From Felis catus (Eukaryota), in assembly GCF_018350175.1 (NCBI RefSeq), contig NC_058380.1, positions 11,222,001 to 11,286,000 on the forward strand: a DNA stretch of 64,000 bases. The letters are read 5' to 3'. The notes below the pieces were generated by a model. The model was given only the letters and a program-made list of their open reading frames with translations, had not been told where the DNA came from and did no database searches. The position numbers and the translations under genes are program-made. Below are positions 59,724-64,000 of this stretch, in pieces (the stretch's first letter is position 1; each line of letters begins with the position of its first letter).

Positions 59724-60465
59724 TAATACTATAATACTATAGTATAGTATTATACTATACTATAATACTATAGTATAGTATTATACTATACTATAATACT
59801 ATAGCATAGTATTATACTANNNNNNNNNNNNNNNNNNNNNNNNNNNNNNNNNNNNNNNNNNNNNNNNNNNNNNNNNNNNNNNNNNNNNNNNNNNNNNNNN
59901 NNNNNNNNNNNNNNNNNNNNNNNNNNNNNNNNNNNNNNNNNNNNNNNNNNNNNNNNNNNNNNNNNNNNNNNNNNNNNNNNNNNNNNNNNNNNNNNNNNNN
60001 NNNNNNNNNNNNNNNNNNNNNNNNNNNNNNNNNNNNNNNNNNNNNNNNNNNNNNNNNNNNNNNNNNNNNNNNNNNNNNNNNNNNNNNNNNNNNNNNNNNN
60101 NNNNNNNNNNNNNNNNNNNNNNNNNNNNNNNNNNNNNNNNNNNNNNNNNNNNNNNNNNNNNNNNNNNNNNNNNNNNNNNNNNNNNNNNNNNNNNNNNNNN
60201 NNNNNNNNNNNNNNNNNNNNNNNNNNNNNNNNNNNNNNNNNNNNNNNNNNNNNNNNNNNNNNNNNNNNNNNNNNNNNNNNNNNNNNNNNNNNNNNNNNNN
60301 NNNNNNNATATATTATACTATACTATACTATACTATATATTATACTATACTATAATACTATAGTATAGTATTATACTATACTATAATACTATAGTATAGT
60401 ATAATACTATACTATAATAGCGAAACACTATAATACCATACTCTAATACTATAATAGCGAAACAC
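59724..60465. repeat. AT-rich quasi-palindromic minisatellite (31-bp unit) spanning an assembly gap
   Basis: Unit CTATAATACTATAGTATAGTATTATACTATA at 59729, 59760 and 59791, and again at 60350 after the gap. Confidence 0.92.
59820..60307. other. Assembly gap (488 N)
   Basis: Run of N characters. Confidence 1.
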
Positions 60466-60584
60466 GTGAGTGAACTCTGTGTCCACACAAAGGAAGTTGC
60501 CTGGATTATGCTGTGCCAGCCAGAATAGCGTTGGTCCAGTTCAAACGATGCTGTGCAAGAACCCCTGATGACAAGAAAAAAGTC

Positions 60585-61384
60585 TGTCCGATAGGATGCT
60601 TTTGGTTCCAAGTAGCAGAAGATTTTAAACAGCACGAACCGCAAAGCTCTTTATCTCGTCCTGGAACAAGGTGCCCAGTTTGGGGATGGTTGCAAGGTTG
60701 GTGAGCTCAGAAGCTTGGCAAGGAGCGGCCGTGCTGGTTCTGACGACCTTTCTTTGCCCTGGCGGAACCTCTCGGGCCCGCTCCCTCACCTCTGACACCC
60801 GCAAAATGGGCTGCCCTGGGTTCAAATACCTCCAGCCGTGAAAGGGAGAAGTTTCTTTTTGCAGGGCAGTTTTTTTTTAAATTTTTTTTAATGCTTATTT
60901 ATTTTTGAAAGAGGGAGAGAGAGAATGAGAAACACAGCGTGAGGGGGGAGGGACAGACAGAGAGGGAGACACAGAATCCGAAGCAGGCTCCGGGCTCTGA
61001 GCTGTCAGCACAGAGCCGATGCGGGGCTCGAACTCACGAACTGTGAGATCATGACCTGAGCCGCAGCGGAACGCCTAACCGACTGAGCCACCCAGGCCCC
61101 CCTGTTTTTTGTTTTTAAGAACGTTTTCCCGGAGCGCCCCGAAGATTTCCCTCATGTCTCTCTGGCCAAAATAATGTCACACTCATTCCCAAGCCAATCA
61201 CTGACAAGACCAGGGGAATGATCAAGAGTGGCCTAGACCTATTAAGTTTCATTCCCTCAGGCTGGAGAAGGTCCCAGCCTTCCCTCGGGCACAGGGCTGC
61301 CCTATATCTGACCAAAATCGGGGCTGGCTGGCAAAGCAGAAAGGAGAGAAATGGCTATTAGCTAGGCTAACGGCAGGTAACACA
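60585..61384. mobile_element. MaLR solo LTR (MLT1K-like), interrupted by a SINE
   Basis: ataggatgcttttggttccaagtagcagaa at the start; ccctcatgtctctctggcc...ccaagccaatcactg...gaccaaaatcgggg...aacaca at the end. Confidence 0.75.
60870..61101 (-). mobile_element. Can-SINE
   Basis: Full-length. Confidence 0.96.
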
Positions 61385-61804
61385 AACAGTGAATGTGATA
61401 GAGTTCCATTTTTAGAAATAAAAGTGAATATAGATCGGCCCAGAAAAAGAGAAATGCTCTCCAGTTTTAAATGGTATCATCTCCAGTTGGTGTGATTACA
61501 GAGAATATTTGTTTTTCTTACGTCTGCTTTTCCTTTTGTCCCCTAAATTTTCTGCGATGAAGACGTAAGGCACTTGAGCAATACCAAAAACCCTCCAGAA
61601 ATGTTCTTGTAAAGTATTTACAGCCGTCACCAGGGCTTTTTGAAAAGTAAATTCGAAGAGCAGTTATGTAAGATCAAACCCAGGGCATTCAGTTGAGGTT
61701 GGGCTCTGTCTGGTGCAGCCTCCAATGCCTGGGACCTCTTGCACCCAGGGGCATCTCTAAGACCCTGAGGCCCCGCAGAGATGTCAGCAGGTCTACTTGA
61801 GGGG

Positions 61805-61818
61805 GCGCCCCCTGCTGG
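61805..61818 (-). promoter_or_regulatory. CTCF consensus motif
   Basis: Minus strand CCAGCAGGGGGCGC matches CCASYAGRKGGCRS at all 14 positions. Confidence 0.65.
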
Positions 61819-61868
61819 CTGGAAGACTGTCACCAACCAGTTCTCTTCACCAGCACAGACCAGATTCT

Positions 61869-62063
61869 TTTTTTTTTTTTTTTAATCTTTATTTATTTTT
61901 GAGAGACAGAGAAATAGAGCAAGAGGGAGACCCAGAATCCTAAGCAGGATCCCGGCTTCCAGCTGTCAGCACGGAGCCCTACACGGAACTCGAACTCACA
62001 AACTGCCAGATCATGACCTGAGCCCGAGTCGGATGCTTAATCAACTGAGCCACCCAGGCACCC
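61869..62063 (-). mobile_element. Can-SINE with 16-bp TSD (1 mismatch)
   Basis: gcacagaccagattct (61853-61868) / gcgcagaccagattct (62065-62080). Confidence 0.95.
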
Positions 62064-62599
62064 TGCGCAGACCAGATTCTAAGCCAGTCCTCAGAGCCTG
62101 CGGGGCAGAAGAGTTACTGTAGACCAGACTAGAGAACGGGGTTACCCAGGGACTCCCGTCCCGGCCACAGCAGGAAGACAGGACCGGAAGTTTGGAAATG
62201 GAATGCATGAAAAAGAAGACGAAAAAGCAGCGAGGTCACTCTCTGCCCCCCCCCCCCCCCGAGCACACTTCCAGTGACTTCGCATGTAAGCACATGCATG
62301 TTATGGCCACGTCCGACTGGAATCGTATCCCGGTATATCCTAAGCATCGCCAATGGTCACTTCTCAGTCCAGACCTGGGGCTCCAAGGATTGAAGGAGAC
62401 CCAGAATGACCAAAGTTGGCCAAGACTGAGAAAAGGCATTCAACAGCCAAGGCGTCCCATGACATTCTAGACTGAGTCACCAAACCTCTGAGCCTCTGTC
62501 TCAAACCCAGCCAAAACTGGCGTCTGCATCCAGCCCACCGCTGGGGGGAGTTAACAGCGGTGGCCCCAGGGGCAACCAAAGACACCAGCTCTGGAGCAA

Positions 62600-62750
62600 C
62601 TCAGACCTCCGCTCCTGTCAGACTCTACCACCTCCTAGTTGTGCAGATTTGGAGCGGCTCCTTCACCTCCCTGTGCCTGTTTCTTCACCTATAAAATGGG
62701 GATGGGGCGCTTAAGGCCTGAAATGAGCTAGCTCATGCAAGGTGCGGCAA
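62600..62750 (+). mobile_element. MIR
   Basis: ctctaccacctcctagttgtg...ttcacctccctgtgcctgtttcttcacctataaaatgggga. Confidence 0.7.
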
Positions 62751-64000
62751 ACCTCCGCTCTGCGTAAGCCAGTGAGGACGCCGGAAGGGTAGCAGTTGCC
62801 TGCCGTTCACCTCTTCCAGCTGCAAGGAATCCCCTCCCGCCTCCTCACCTTGGGCCCTGAGCACAGAGATTAATCAAGTGCTCTGGGGCCCGGGACTCGG
62901 GGGGCTGTCAGATTCACTTTTCTGAATCGAGGTTTTAATGGGCGAAGATCCCAGGGGCTTGCTCTTGCCGAAAAGGAAATGGTTCTTTGAAAACTATACC
63001 CAGCTACCTTCACCTGCTCACAGCCGGACCACCTGAGGCTGGGGAAGTGAGCTCTGGCTGTGGGGAAAAAACAAATCGGGCGGAAAGGAGAACGTAGGTT
63101 TAAGGGCAAGTCCGTCTGGAAGGATTATGTGGGCGGTGGGAGGGGTAAAACCAGAGAAGAAAGAAACAGAAAGCAGCCAGGGCTAGATAGTGGAGTGAAT
63201 CCTCTCTCTGGGAGAAGCTATAACTTGGATTTCTTTCCTTCAGAGACGTTGATTTCTTGGCTGTGCCCCATGTGAGGGGTTAGCCCAGCTCGGGGAACGG
63301 TGCACGGGAGCTTGGGGTGAGGTGGATCATAAGTTCTCTGCGGTGAAACTTCTGGACCACCCAAGTGCTTCATTCATTCCACATAAAACCTCTGAGTCCT
63401 GCAGTAGACGCACAGGAATCTCTCTCCAGTGGGGAGAGTATTCTTGGTTGCTTCTCTGGACACCGAATTCTGGTTCAACAGCTCTTGAAACTGTCCTGAC
63501 TGGGGGTTGGCGGGGTGCGGGGGGGAGATGTGGAGCATGTGAAGATGAGAACTCTCAAGGTCATGTTTACTTACCTGCATTGCATAAACTAAAAGTGGGT
63601 CCCCCCCCCATAGCTCGCCAAGCTGTTACGAAATGCTCCATGACAAAATGTGGCCAATGTGTCAGAGCCTTGTACTTACTTGCCCCCTTTTCAACCTGAA
63701 GTATTTTGATGTGTTTCCGGATTTCACTCCTCAGGAAGAGCCACCTGCTAACCTGTCACCTGCTTCCCCTGGCTTGTGCCTCCAGGTGTTTAAATAATCT
63801 GCTACCACCGAATTTCTTGAGTCATCAAGCTAAGGCATGATCTGATCTCCTACTTTGCAAGGTGAAGATTTAGCCCTTGGCTAATTCCCCCTCACCCCTG
63901 GCCCACCTCTATGTGGCAGTTAGTTTAAATTTTCTGATTAAATGGAGAACAGAAAACAAAAAAAATTCTTACAGGCATGTTAATATTCTTCCTGCGGAGT

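Noticed and set aside
59724-60465. CRISPR-like or prokaryotic repeat system
   Set aside because: No unique spacers and no cas genes; the context is clearly mammalian and the repeat is a simple minisatellite.
7181-62063. tRNA genes
   Set aside because: The A/B-box-like sequences are the tRNA-derived heads of SINEs; no complete cloverleaf was seen.
13191-63825. About ten TGAGTCA AP-1 sites across the window
   Set aside because: Close to the random expectation for a 7-mer in 64 kb; only the composite at 51363 is reported.

Overview
Mammalian genomic DNA, almost certainly a felid (domestic cat or close relative): about 27 carnivore tRNA-derived SINEs are present, two of them of the youngest Felis-type (SINEC_Fc-like) form. 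The only protein-coding gene I can support is TMEM252 on the minus strand. It has two coding exons (9537-9260 and 5459-5234, 167 aa), canonical GT/AG splice sites, a TATA/HNF4/HNF1-type proximal promoter and a probable ATTAAA poly(A) signal near 4410. The remaining ~54 kb is gene-poor and made of SINEs, L1 and L2 fragments, MIRs, MaLR/ERVL solo LTRs, MER5/MER20/Kanga DNA-transposon relics, microsatellites and a 488-N assembly gap flanked by a palindromic AT-rich minisatellite. I found no new multi-gene system. The most interesting items are repair/rearrangement scars (29752-29811, 22840-22926, 57777), a possible PY-motif-less TMEM252 isoform, a possible C-terminal frameshift in TMEM252, a head-side bias of CpG survival in SINE target-site duplications, and the PATRR-like repeat at the gap. 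Repeat subfamily names come from recalled consensus features, not from a RepeatMasker run, and repeat boundaries are approximate unless a TSD is quoted.
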